Assembly: GCA_030390025.1 (NCBI GenBank)
Contig: CM059432.1
Location: 143,222,001-143,286,000, forward strand
Source of the DNA: Squalus acanthias
Lineage: Eukaryota
Length of the DNA: 64,000 bases
Direction: 5' to 3'
A model generated the notes under the pieces. The model was not told the DNA's origin. It searched no databases and saw nothing but the letters and a program-made list of their open reading frames with translations. Positions 44,840 to 57,593 of the stretch are shown here, piece by piece; the stretch's first letter is position 1, and every line of letters starts with the position of its first letter. The position numbers and the translations under genes were made by a program.

Positions 44840-47620
44840 GTTTATGGGATGTGGGCGTCGCTGGCAAGGCCAGCATTTATTGCCCATCCCTAATTGCCCT
44901 TGAGAAGGTGGTGGTGAGCCGCCTTCTTGAACCGCTGCAGTCTGTATGGTGAAGATACTCCCACAGTGCTGTTAGGGAGGGAGTTCCAGGATTTTGACCC
45001 AGCAACGCTGAAGGAACGGCGATATACTTCCAAGTCAGGATGGTGTGTGAATTGGAGGGGAACTTGGAGGTGCTGGTGTTCCCATGCGCCTGCTGCCCTT
45101 GTCCTTCTAGGTGGAAGAGGTCGCGGGTTTGGGAGGTGCTGCCAAAGAAGCCTTGGCGAGTTGCTGCAGTGCATCTTGTAGATGGTACACACTGCAGTCA
45201 CAGTACGCCGGTGGTGGAGGGAGTGAATGTTTAAGGTGGTGGATGGGGTGTCAATCAAGCGGGCTGTTTTGGCCTGGATGGTGTCGAGCTTCTTGAGTGT
45301 TGTTGGAGCTGCACTCATCCAGGCAAGTGGAGAGTATTCCATCACACTCCTTACTTGTGCCTTGTAGATGGTGGAAAGGCTTTGGGGAGTCAGGAGGTGA
45401 GACACTTGCTGCAGAATACCTAGCCTCTGACCTGCTCTTGTTGCTACAGTATTTATGTGGCTGGTCCAGTTAAGTTTCTGGTCAATGGTGACCCTCAGGA
45501 TGTTGATGGTGGGGGATTCAGCGATGGTAATGCTGGTGAATGTCAAGGGAAGGTGGTTAGACTCTCGCTTGTTGGAGATGGTCATTGCCTGGCACTTCTG
45601 TGGCGCGAACGTTACCTGCCACTTATCAGCCCAAGCTGAACCTTGTCCAGGTCTTGCTGCCTGCAGGCATGGACTGCTTCATTATCTGGCGAGTTGTAAA
45701 CGGCACTGAACACTGTGCAGTCATCTGCGAACATCCCCATTTCTGACCTTATGTTGGAGGGAAGGTCATTGATGAAGCAGCTGAAGATGGCTGGGCCTAG
45801 GACACTGCCCTGAGGAACTCCTGCAGCGATATCCTGGGGCTGTGATGATTGACCTCCAACCATCGCAACCATCTTCCTTTGTGCTAGGTGTGACTCCAGC
45901 CAGTGAAGAGTTTTCCCCCCGATTCCCATTGATTTCAGTTTTACTAGGGCTCCTTGATGCCACACTCGGTCAAATGCTGCCTTGATGTCAAGGGCAGTCA
46001 CTCTCACCTCACCTCTGGAATTCAGCTCCTTTTTCCATGTTTGGACCAAGGCTGTAATGAGGTCGGGAGCCGAGTGGTCCTGGCAGAACTCAAACTGGGC
46101 ATCAGTGAGTAGGTTATTGGTGAGTAAGTGCCGCTTGATAGCACTGTCGATGACACCTTCCATCACTTTGCTGTTGACTGAGAGTAGACTGATGGGGCGG
46201 TAATTGGCCGGATTGGATTTGTCCTGCTTTTTGTGAACAGGACATACCTGGGCAGTTTTCCACATTGTCGGATAGATGCCAGTGTTGTAGCTGTGCTGGA
46301 ACAGCTTGGCTAGAGGCACGGCTAGTTCTGGAGCACAGGTCTTCAGCATGATAGCCGGGATGTTGTCGGGGCCCATAGCCTTTGCTGTATCCAGTGCGCT
46401 CAGCCGTTTCTTGATATCACGTGGAGTGAATCGAATTGGCTGAAGACTGGCTTCTGGCTTCTGTGATGGTGGGGTCCTCAGGAGTAGGCCGATATGAATC
46501 ATCCACTTGGCACTTCTGGCTGAAGATGGTTGCAAATGCTTCAGCCTTGTCTTTTGCACTCAAGTGCTGGGCTCCACCATCATTGAGGATGGGGATATTC
46601 ATGGAGCCTCCTCCTCCCGTTAGTTGTTTAATGGTCCACCACCATTCACGACTGGATGTGGCAGGACTGCAGAGCTTTGATCTGATATGTTGATTGTGGG
46701 ATCGCTTAGCCCTGTCTATAACATGCTGCTTCTGCTTTTTAGCATGCATGTAGTCCTGTGTTGTAGCTTCCCCAGGTTGGCACATCATTTTTAGGTATGC
46801 TCTTCTACACTCCTTATTGAACCATGGTTGGTCCCCTGGCTTGATGGTAATGGTAGAGTGAGGGATATGCCGGGCCATGAGGTTACAGATTGTGGTGGAA
46901 TACAATTCTGCTGCTGCTGATGGCCCACAGCGCCTCATGGTTGCCCAGTTTTGAGCTGCTAGATCTGTTCTGAATCTATTCCATTTAGCACGGTGGTAGT
47001 GCCACAAAACACAATGGAGTGTGTCCTCAGTGTGAAGAGAGGACTTTGTCTCCACAATGACTGTGCGGTGGTCACTGCTACCAATACTGTCATGGACAGA
47101 TGCATCTGCGACAGGTAGATTGGTGAGGACGAGGTCAAGTAGGTTTTTTCCTCGTGTTGGTTCTCTCACCACCTGCCGCAAGCCCAGTCTGGCAGCCATG
47201 TCCTTCAGGACTCAGCCAGCTCAGTCAGTTGTGGTGTTACCGAGCCACTGTTGGTGATGGACATTGAAGTCCCCTACCCAGAGTACGTTCTGTGTCCTTG
47301 CTACTCTCAGTGCTTCTTCCAAGTGGTGCTCAACATGGAGGAGTACTGATTCATCAGCTGAGGGAGGGCGGTAGGTGGTAATCAGCAGGAGGTTTCCTTG
47401 CCCATGCTTGACCTGAAGCCGTGAGACTTCATGGGGTCCGGAGTCAATGTTGAGGACTCCCAGGGCCACTCCTTCCCGACTGTATACCACTGTGCCGCCA
47501 CCCCTGGTGGGTCTGTCCTGCCGGTGGGACAGGACATACCCAGGGATGGTGATGGAGGAGTTTGGGACATTGGCTGAAAGGTTTGATTCTGGGAGTGTGA
47601 CTATATCAGGCTGTTGCTTG
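44840..47620 (-). mobile_element. CR1-group LINE of a distinct family, ORF2 (APE-RT) with frameshifts
   Basis: Peptides GGGTVVY, YRPPS, VGDFNVHH, LDLVLTN, SSDH, NYRPISLLS, LDIKAAFDRVWH, GVPQGSVLGP and FADD across several frames. Confidence 0.92.
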
Positions 47621-48761
47621 ACCTTATATTTTTGACCTCCAATTTTGGACACCGCCAAAAATTGAAACATTTTCTCTACATCTACCCTATCAAACGCTTT
47701 CATAATCTTAAAGACCTCTATCAGGTCACCCCTCAGACTTCACTTTTCTAGGCCTTGAATCCACAACCTTCTGACTCAGAGGTGAGAGTGCTGCCCACTG
47801 AGCCATGGCTGACCCCAGGAGGTGCATCAGTGGGCCTGACCTGAACGGGCGGGAGAATGTCGGAACACCACCAGGCCAATCCAACAGCAGAGAGAAGGCC
47901 CAAAGTAAAAGTGTCCTCTTCCCATCTTCTGCTCCCAATGGAGCAAGTGGGCCGCTTAAGGAAAGCCATCGATCCCCTACAGGATTAAATACATTTCTCC
48001 ATTAAAGATCTGGGGCCGCTTAACCCCCTCAGCAGGACTCATGCCAGCTGCAAGCTGTTGAGACCTCCACTCAGACCTACAGAGGGAATAAATATACCCT
48101 GGGAACTCGCTCGGACGCACCCCCTTGATGTGTGGAAGTGCGGGAAGAGCATCCGTCCATGGCCCCTTCCATTAGAAAATGGAACAGAAAAGTCAGGGTA
48201 GAATCCCGGCAGAACCAGGCTCGGCCGTCCCTCTGGGTCAATTCGTCCCCCTTCTTCCCAGGGCCAGGTGTGAATTCCAGGCACACGGGAGGTCATTTCC
48301 TGATTACACGCCCGCACCCGCCCCCCCTCCCCTCCCCTCCCCCCACGGTAGACAGGCCTCCCTACTGACAGCACCTACTCCGCAAACTACCCTGAGTGTA
48401 TCAGTACATTAGGAGATGCAGTTTTCGCTCCTGGGCTGCATTGCTGAGCTTGTGAAATAGAACTAGAACTTCAAGTCGCCCAGAATGGGGAGCACAGGGA
48501 ACGATCCCATGACACAATGGATGGGCTCGAGGCACAGGTGATATTGGGCCTCATTGCCATTGAGCCAGCGAGCCGCAGACACCTGATAGGCATCGCCAGG
48601 CAACTCACCGGTAAAGAGGACTCAAAGATCAGGCCAATGCCCTCAGGTAAGTCATTATAGGAGACCGGGAGAGGGGGGCGACCGGGAAGGTTCGCGATCG
48701 TTAGGGGGGGGATGTTGGGCGATTGAGTCGGGAGGGTAGTGGTTATCAGGAAGGGTTATCA

Positions 48762-49032
48762 CTTCTTGCGCATCCCCGATTTTAATCGCTCCGTCATTGG
48801 CGACGGTGCCTTCAGCTGGTGAGGCCCGATGCTCTGGCATTTCCTCCCTAAACCCACCTCTCTTTCCTCCTTTAAGACGCTCCTTATAACCTGTCTCTTT
48901 GACCAAGCATTTGGTTATCTGCCCTAATATCTCCTTGTGTGGCTCGGTGTCAAGTTTTGTTTGGTAACGCTCCTGTGAAGCGCCTTGGACATTTTACTAC
49001 GTTAAAGGCGTTATATAAATGCACGTTGTTGC
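48762..49032 (+). mobile_element. L2 3' fragment
   Basis: Matches the distal part of 12945-13405. Confidence 0.75.
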
Positions 49033-49610
49033 TAGCGGTCGGTGGCGATCGGGGAGGACAGAGGCCGGGATCGAGCGGGGGTGGGGGGGTTGGTTGCGGG
49101 GGTTAGCAGCGGTGAAAGGGGGCTGGGAGGGGGTTGAGGTCATGACAGACGGTGGCCAGCAGTACCCAGCATGGTTTTAATGTGGGGGCAGGGGGAGCAT
49201 TCTGGCTCGTAATGAGCGTGCTCTCCCTGCTTGCCATAATGGAGGCTTAGGAGGCCGTTTAGCGCCCACTTGCGCAGTCGAATTTATAGGCCATGAATTT
49301 TGTGGACCTTTTCTAAGGCTACATTGTCCTTTGTTATTAATTGTGGCTTCATCAATGGCAGTGACAGAGTTATCAATCGGGATGGGCGACGAACCCCTGA
49401 CCGACCTCTGACATCATTCACTGACAATGGTTATCTGTGCAGACCATTTTTGTTTAGTATCTTTATATTACTAATTCTTTCCTTTAATTATTCTCATTTG
49501 TTTTCTGCGCACTATTTCACCCGTCTGACACTCTTGAGATAAGTGCTGAGATGAATAACGTTAGGTGTTTGAGCTGGAAATGTTCTATGTATAAAAAAAA
49601 TAATCCTCAC

Positions 49611-49966
49611 CTGAATAGGAATGGTATTGTCACAAAGGCGAGGGGTTGGGTGTGAGGAGGAGTTGGGCATGATTCAGATAAACTACTCCTGTTGAGAGCA
49701 TCTTCACTCCTACTGAAGACTTGACCGAAAAGTTCCTCATTCAATAACAAAGTGTTAAGAGTTCCCTCGGGATGATGTGCAGCCTCTGTATCTTGGGTTT
49801 CCAAGTTATCCTTCATCAGGGAAGGACATGGAAGATTTGAAGAGCAAAGTAGCTTTTTTCTTAAACAAACCTTCGAACTGATCACACGCAAAGTGTTTCA
49901 GGAAAGCACATCCACATGCACTCAACATACACTGCACAAACCTTGAGCAAAGCATCAATATCCAAT
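49611..49966 (-). other. Possible exon of an unidentified minus-strand transcript
   Basis: Acceptor-like ccctcttcttactgactgcag| and donor CAG|GTGAG. The frame MKDNLETQDTE...IPFLF is open from 49816 to the donor. No recognisable homology. Confidence 0.25.
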
Positions 49967-51240
49967 CTGCAGTCAGTAAGAAGAGGGCTTTGGTGTCCAC
50001 CGCTCTGGTCAATTTCATGCATGTCCAACACAAGAATTACTTTTGAGCTGCCATCACTGATGATTGGTGCACAGCAAGGTCCAACAAACAGCAATGAGAT
50101 AAAGGACCAGTAATCTGTGCTGTTGATTGAAAGATGAATGTTGGCCAGGACACGGGGAGAACTTTCCTGCTCTTCTTTGAATAGTGCCGTGGGATCAGAC
50201 GAGTCATCCCCCTCACCAACATCGTCCGAAAACACGTCAGGTTCCACACGTACGCTGACAACGCCCAGCTCTACCTCACCGCCAGCTCGCTCGACCACTG
50301 AGATGAAAAAGGTGACTCTGGACCTGTGGTTCCCAAAGCTCTCCACCTCTGGGGGTTTTCCTCGCCTCATGTCTGGGTCTCTTGTAGACTAATTGGTAGA
50401 GATTGATCGCTGCGATTAGTCAACAACTCCCATTATCGTTGTATCATACGACTACCAGGATGGTAGAAGGCGGACGAGACGGACCGTGGTCTATTTTGTA
50501 GAAAGCCAGCATTGTTTCTGAACGTATGGAGTTCTACCCAGTGATATTAAACTGGAGAAAAGGGAGACAACGTGGAAACAATGGTCAAATCCAGCTCAGG
50601 TGCCTGGCTATGGCTCTTTTCTAGTTCACCAATGTGGCTCGCATACAGTGGAAGAAAGCTAATACTTTGAAGATTCAGTCAATGTGTTGTGTCTGTCTGT
50701 GTGAATTGTCTTATTTATTACATGATAAAAACTAATAACGTTTGCGAATTGTCATCTGTCGAGTCATAAATCAACGTGCTGGTGGTGCAGTCAGTTGTGT
50801 TATTAATAATACCGAGCAACACACACTGCATACAAACAGCATGTGACGGAGAACTAATAGCATTAATGTGGAGATAGCTACCATTTATTTGACAACAAGC
50901 TCTAACTGATGCTGAACAAATGGAGAACCACAGCCTCCCTTACCACCAGAGCTTGTCCTGCTCTTAGATGATGGATTCCATCTTATTTCCATCATTTCAG
51001 CATCGACCTCAGGAGCACGGTGTAAATCAGGAATTTCAGCCCTCACCCAAATTCCCAACATGTAACCTTCCTGGAGCACTGAAGGTGAACATGGATTTTT
51101 TTCCCCCACAGTGCACAAACTATACTCCTCATTTCTCCCCTCCCATTGCCACTGAGCTCCAGCTAACACCTTCACTCACATAAATGAATGTATACAGAAA
51201 GGTATAGCCAGCTGCTCGGCGAGGCTGGAGGTCGCACATT

Positions 51241-52005
51241 GGGCCAGAAATTCGGCTTTCCGGCTTCCTGCGGGTGCAAGCATCGCGCGCATACTTGCCT
51301 ACCGCACCTGCAGTTGTGCTTTGGGCCCACGAGGACTTCGGGTCCTGGGCCTCCTGCAGCTGCCGGCGTGCAGTGCTCGTGTATCCCAGGGGCGCAGTTA
51401 GTTCGAAGCGTCCCCTGGGATCACGTGGGCCATGGAGAGCCAATCCTAGCAGGGCATTTTCATTCATAGATTTGACAGGAAGACCTGTTAAATCTATGAA
51501 TAGAGATCGGACCCAAAACCACTCTTAAACTTCAAATATTTTTTTTTTAAAACATCACATTTTTAAAATAACTATAAGTTACATAAATTAACTACTTTAA
51601 ACAAAAATTAAAATTTTTGAAAAAATTAATTATACTTTTTAACGGTGCTAAAAATAAACTTACCTTTCTTTAAAGTATCTAAAAAAGATAAACCTGTTGA
51701 AAAAATGTTTAAATTGTAATTAATTAACCACTTACCTTGTTAAAAACAGGCCTTGCGCCTCCTTTTTAAAAGCGCAGCTTCTTCATACTTACCTTCCCGG
51801 AGAAACCTGGGAAAAAAAACGAAGTTCGCTGCGTGCGCGCAGCCTCTCCCGCGCACGCGTTCGACTTCTGAACCCCTCCCTTCAGGGGAACGGAAGTTCC
51901 GGTTTCCCGCGCATGCGCAGTGCATGCAGGAAACCGGCACTTCAGGCGGCCTTACGGGTGAGTACACAGCGCGTACTCACCCGACAACAGCCGAATTTCT
52001 GGCCC
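51241..52005. mobile_element. 765-bp Harbinger-type MITE
   Basis: Perfect 17-bp TIRs gggccagaaattcggct / agccgaatttctggccc; TSD att on both sides; AT-rich centre. Confidence 0.9.
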
Positions 52006-53219
52006 ATTATGTGGAGTAACCTGCATTGATACAACACCGTGAATGTCAGAAAGCATCCCAAAGTGCTTCACAAGTAAGGGGAAGGAGATTGGACACTCAG
52101 CTGAAAGGGATTGATCAAAGGGATGGGTCTTGAGGAGACTTTTAAAGATGGAAGGTGAGGTGCAGAGGTTTAGGTAGAGAGTTTCACAGAGTAGGAGCGA
52201 GGTGGCTAAAGGCTTTGCCATCAATGGTGAGATGAGGGATGCACCAGAAGGTCAGAGTCAGGGGATGGGCGCGCCGGAAGAGGATGTAGAGCTGGAGATT
52301 TTAGCGACAGGGTGGGGGCCAGACCATGGAAGGGTTTATAGACAAGGGCAAGGATTTGAAATGTGATAAATTGGGGGGGGGGATGGGGGACCGGGAGCTA
52401 GTGGTCAGTGAGAAAGGGGGTGATGGGTGAGTTTTGGACAAATTGGAGTTAATGTCGGGCAGAGGATGGGAAACTAGCAAGGAGCGCATTGGAGTAATGT
52501 GAGAATGGGGACGGGACGGGATTTCCATGAGGATTCTCCTGATCCTTTGCTGAAACTCTGGGGGGTGAGCTGCAGAAACCCCGGGGCAATGGCACAGGAG
52601 CAGGAGAACCCCATGGAAAGTGAGCCCCAAAATGTGCGCTGGCAGGAAAAGAACTACCATTGGTTCAGCCTCTGCCGGACTGAGGCGTGGCTGAGTTATT
52701 TCATATTTTCTTTTCACCGCTGCACTCCGCTCTGTATTTCTTTAAGTGCCCTCAGCGTCCTCTCTTTCTGCAATCAAATAACAGGCCCGAAGCATGATAT
52801 ACATCCACAGGAGACCCGATGGTTTGAGAAATCGAACATTTTCATTTTTAATATAGCACAAAGTCATAACTTACATGCTGTGCGTCCTGAGGAATAAATG
52901 CCTTTCGCCTGCTGATTAAACTACTCGAACTGCAGTCTCAGCCTTTATTTAATGCACAGCCGCTGGTTATTAACCTGGGGCCAGGGCAGCAAGTAAGTGA
53001 ACTTCATCACTTAACGACAACACTTGTAGCTCAGCATGATCAACCTCATTCCAGTCTTCCTCATAACATGCTGCTATTTGCCTAAAAGTTTGAAACTCTT
53101 TTGCAAGAGTGGCTGATTTCCACCCATTAATTATTTTCTTATAGAGCGAATATTCTTATTTTAGGGATTCGGTTAATGTGAAATTAGTTCACAAGTCCAA
53201 GGTTGCATAAAATACCAGC

Positions 53220-53457
53220 CCTGGCTCAGTGGCTATCACTCTGAGTCTGAATGTTGTGGGTTCAAGTCCCACTCCAGAGACTTGAGCACCTTAGTGCTGT
53301 ACTGAGGGAGTACTGCACTGTCGGATCTACCTTCTCCACCTTGAGATGTGAAAACCAAGGCCCTATCTGACTTCTCAGGTGGACGTAAAAGATCCCACGG
53401 CACTATTCGAAGAAGAGCAGGAGAGTTGTCCCAGCCAACATTTATCCCTCGACCATC
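53220..53457 (+). mobile_element. Deu-domain SINE, 5' half
   Basis: tggctcagtgg ... ggttcaagtcccactccagagacttgagcac ... ctcaggtggacgtaaaagatccc. Confidence 0.75.
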
Positions 53458-53786
53458 AAACAGTACGTGGGTGAAGGCTCATCATCGGCAGCATCAGCTT
53501 TATGCACTCTCTCAAAATATCACAATGCCCTTACACTCTGCTGGGGGGGGGGGGGGGGGTGGGTGGAAAGAGGCCATCCACTCCAATAACCACCTGGGAA
53601 CTTAAGATCCCCAGCTCTTGCCAGGTCCTGACCAACTCCGTCATGAAATCTTCCCAACTCCAGCACCAGAGACACCCATTTGGGAGGAAGTAGTTAGTGA
53701 GTCCAAAGTACCGAGCACTTGTGAGCATGAGGACCTGGGAGAGGGAGAGGTAAATAGTACCATTCCTCCTCAGAGGGTGGGGGAAT

Positions 53787-54182
53787 GAACATAGAAACAT
53801 AGAAAAATAGGAGCAGGAGTCGGCCATTCGGCCCTTCGAGCCTGCTCCGCCATTCAATATGATCATGGCTGATCCTCTATCTCAATACCATATTCCCGCT
53901 CTCTCCCCGTACCCCTTGACTCCTTTTGTGTCTAGAAATCTATCTATCTCCTTCTTAAATATATTCAGTGACTTGGCCTCCACAGCCTTCTGTGGTAGAG
54001 AATTCCACAGGTTCACCACCCTCTGAGTGAAGACATTTCTCCTCATCTCAGTCCTAAATGTCCTACCCCGTATCCTGAGACTGTGACCCCTCGTTCTAGA
54101 CCCCCCCCCCACCAGCCAAAGGAAACATCCTCCCTGCATCCAGTCTGTCTAGCCCTGTCAGAATTTTATACGTTTCAATGAG
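53787..54182 (-). mobile_element. CR1 3' fragment
   Basis: (aacataga)n tail and remnant peptide SRTRGHSLRIRG...WNSLPQKAVEA. Confidence 0.9.
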
Positions 54183-54457
54183 CTGTCTAGAGACCCAGGT
54201 CTCAGAGGCATTGATTCGGAGCTGGTATCCATGACAATGGAGAAGTCCAGTACACATACCTCTAACATGCTGCAGGAATTTTCTCATGACACATAGAACA
54301 CCCACGAGAGGGTGACAGTCCAGGAGACTTCTGCAGCAACAAGGCACCAGGAGGTGTACTCAGGAGCATGACAAGGTGCACTGCTTCAATCAATGCCCTG
54401 AGGGTCAGCCTGAATGCCATACTTGCACCATCTATCATTCTAATGGAAGAATAGATA

Positions 54458-54900
54458 TTTGGATTTATACAGCGCCTCTCACGACCTCAGGACATCCCAA
54501 AGTGCTTTACAGCCAATGAAGTATTTTTGAAGTGCAGTCACTGTTGCAATGTAGGAAACGCAGCAGCCAATTTATACACAGCAAGATCCCACAAACAGCA
54601 AAGTGCTAATGACCAGATCATCTGTTTTAGTGATGATTGAGGGATAAATATTGGCCAGGACACCAGAGAGAACTCCCCTGCTGTTCTTCGAAATAGTACC
54701 CTGGGATCTTTTATGCCCACCTGAGAGGGCAGACAGGTTTAATGTCTCATCCGAAAGACGGCACATTCAACAGTGCAGCACTCCCTCAGTACTTCACTGG
54801 GAGTATCAATCTAGATTTTGTGCTCAAGTCTCTGGAGTCGAATTTGAACCCACAACCTCCTGGCTCAGAGGCAAGCGTGCGACCCACTGAGCCACAGTGG
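54458..54900 (-). mobile_element. Deu-domain SINE, full length
   Basis: Reverse complement of the 15230-15686 family, including the tRNA-like head (actgagccac at ~54887). Confidence 0.85.
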
Positions 54901-54904
54901 ACAC

Positions 54905-55620
54905 ATATATACAATGCTCGGAGTCTTCAGAGCTGCTATGATGCATGGTGCAAGTGTCATGACAGCTTCTTGGGTAGCTGAGATTCACGTGCAGGATAAG
55001 GTGACTGGCATCACACCCTAGCTGCACATTGATAGAATGAAAGCTCTTCCTGCTTGTGAAATCGAGGGAGCGTTCATATGGGGCTTTGAGTGCAACATGT
55101 GTTCCATCAATTGCTTCTTGCGTCTAGAACTGTCTCTAGAACTGGATAGCTCACACACTTTGATTCTCTGGTTACCTTGGGAAGTGCATGGCCTGCCTGA
55201 AGAGAGCATCTGTGAGTTTCCTTATACAATAGTGAGTTCTTGAGTGACTAATCTGGTAAAGGTCACCAGATGCTGCCTGGAAGGATCCAGTTGCAAAGAA
55301 ATTTGATTGAGCAGTGGTGACTTTGGCTGGCACAGACATTACTCTTCTATTGGTAGAAGTGGGTTGCAGTTGACATATCTCCCCAGTAGCCTCTTGTGAT
55401 GGGGGAGGGCAGCCTTCTGACGGGAAGAGATATCTTAAGTAAGACATTCTTGGTCTGTAGACCCTAGTGGGTGGGTATCTACGTATTTTGTGAAGCCTCA
55501 CTCTAAATGCCTCCAATATAGCCACTTCCATCACCTCATCAAAGCGTAGGAATAGAGGGATTGTGAAATCCATGTGCCTAAATAGGTCAGAGAAGTAGTG
55601 TCAGACCCTCCAGAGCACCA
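54905..55620 (-). pseudogene. Heavily decayed Harbinger transposase remnant
   Basis: Remnant peptides RVYRPRMSYL, VPAKVTTAQSNFFATGSFQAASGDL, SYPRSCHD. Confidence 0.7.
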
Positions 55621-55809
55621 TACAGCTAAATGCATGCAGGCAAAGTTAGATTGGCTTTAAGCTGCAGCAAACAAGAGGCCTCCAATTAGGCATGCGGGAG
55701 TATAGTGGTCATGTTACTGGACTAATAATCCAGAGAACCTGAGTTCTAATCTCACTTTGAGAATTTGAATCCAGTTTAAAACAATCTGGAAATAAAACCT
55801 TTTAAGATT

Positions 55810-56148
55810 GCTGAGGGGCTGTTTCCCTTGGCTGGGGAGTCTAGAACTAGGGTCATAGTCTCAGGATAAGGGGTCGGCCATTTTAGCATTGAGATGAGGA
55901 GCAATTTCTTCACTCAGCGGGTTGTGGATCTTTGGAATTCTCTGCCCCAGAGGGCTGTGGATGCTCAGTCGTTGAGTATATTCAAGGCTGAGATTGATAG
56001 ATTTTTGGACACTGAGGGAATCAAGAGATATGGGGATAGGGCAGGAAAGTGGAGTTGAGGCCAAAGATCAGCCATGATCTTATTGAATGGCGGAGCAGGC
56101 TCGAAGGGCTGAATGGCCGACTCCGGCTCCTAATTCTTATGTTTTTAT
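55810..56148 (+). mobile_element. CR1 3' fragment
   Basis: Similar to the 3' end at 31360-31690. Confidence 0.85.
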
Positions 56149-56624
56149 TGCTAGGTCACTGGTGACAGGAGTCCTGCTCCAACTTGATCCACCTTTTAAT
56201 AGACAACTGTTGGGTGGAATTGTCCTGTCACTAAAGCTACATCCACGATGATTCACTAGTCAGACTGCGGCTGGTTTCTTTAAAAGGAGTATTACTGTCC
56301 TCTGAGCAATTGTTTGCAAAGGTCCTTCCTACTGTTTGTAAATGTGTGCATCCATGATGAAAATTACAGATCAGTCTCATCTATGCTCCAACCCTTACCA
56401 AACAGTGATGATTCACCTTTAATAATAAAGTATGTCTGGTGGCGGTTTGTTTCTTTGCCATCCACCGCCTCCAATGATAAAGTGAAACTGTGCTGATCTC
56501 AGTATTTTATATAATGCTGTTGATCTGTATTTATGTCATATTGTGTTGTGCCATTGGAAGTCAAATCAAGCTATGCCTTGTATTTGTGTGACTGTGGAGG
56601 TGACGCACGAGAATCTGCTGCCCC

Positions 56625-57085
56625 GTGACCTAACTCGCACCGAGTCCCGCTCACCCATCACCCCCTGTGCTCGCTGACCTACATTGGCTCCCAGTCCGCC
56701 AACGCCTCGAATTTAAAAATCTCATCCTTGTTTTCAAATCCCTCCCTATCTCTGTAATCTCCTCCAGCCCCACAACCCTCCGAAATCTCTGCACTCCTCC
56801 AATTCTGACCTCCTGAGTGTCCCAGATTTCCTTCGCCCCACCATTGATGGCTGTGCCTTCAGCTGCCAAGGCCCTAAGCTCTGGAATTCCCTCCCTAAAC
56901 CTCTCCCCCTCTCTATCCTCCTTTAAGACGCTCCTTAAAACCGATCTGTTTGACCTAACCTCTGGTCATCTGCCCCAATATCTCCTTACATGGCTCGGTG
57001 TCAAATTCTGTTTTATAATCGCTCCTGTGAAGCGCCTTGGGATGTTTTACTACATTAAAGGCGCTGTATAAATACAAGTTGTTGA
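56625..57085 (+). mobile_element. L2 3' fragment
   Basis: Begins cccatcaccccctgtgctcgctgacctacattggctccc; same family as 12945-13405. Confidence 0.8.
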
Positions 57086-57593
57086 AACAGTTCATTCTTA
57101 ACTTTTACCTTTTGCCTGTTAAGTAAGTTTCTGTTGGAAGGATAGTTCAGATTGCAAGGATTACAGAGAGCTTCAGATGATAACAGTTAGTGCACAGGCA
57201 CAGAACAAGTAGGGACAGCCTTGGCTGATCAGAGATTCAGCAAGGCAACAAACTTTGTTCACTCGACTCGATCTGGAAAATGAGGGAGTGTGTCAAGTTA
57301 TGGGGAATTGTTCTTGTTAAAACTGAAGTGCAGCTAATTGGATGAGGCGATACTTTGAAACATGCAGATCCTCATATCCCATGAGTGAAAGAAAAAAGCT
57401 ATAAAAAGAGGAGGATTAGAGTAAAGACTTCAGAATTCGACAAGGCTTGTCAAATCCATCCCCTCGAGCTTGAGACCTGTGACGCCGTGAATTCTCCAGG
57501 CTTGTACCTTAAGTGTAACCCTGAGTATATGTGTAATTATTATTAATAAGTTATCATTGTATATGGGTGATTGTTGATAATAATGGTTATCAT

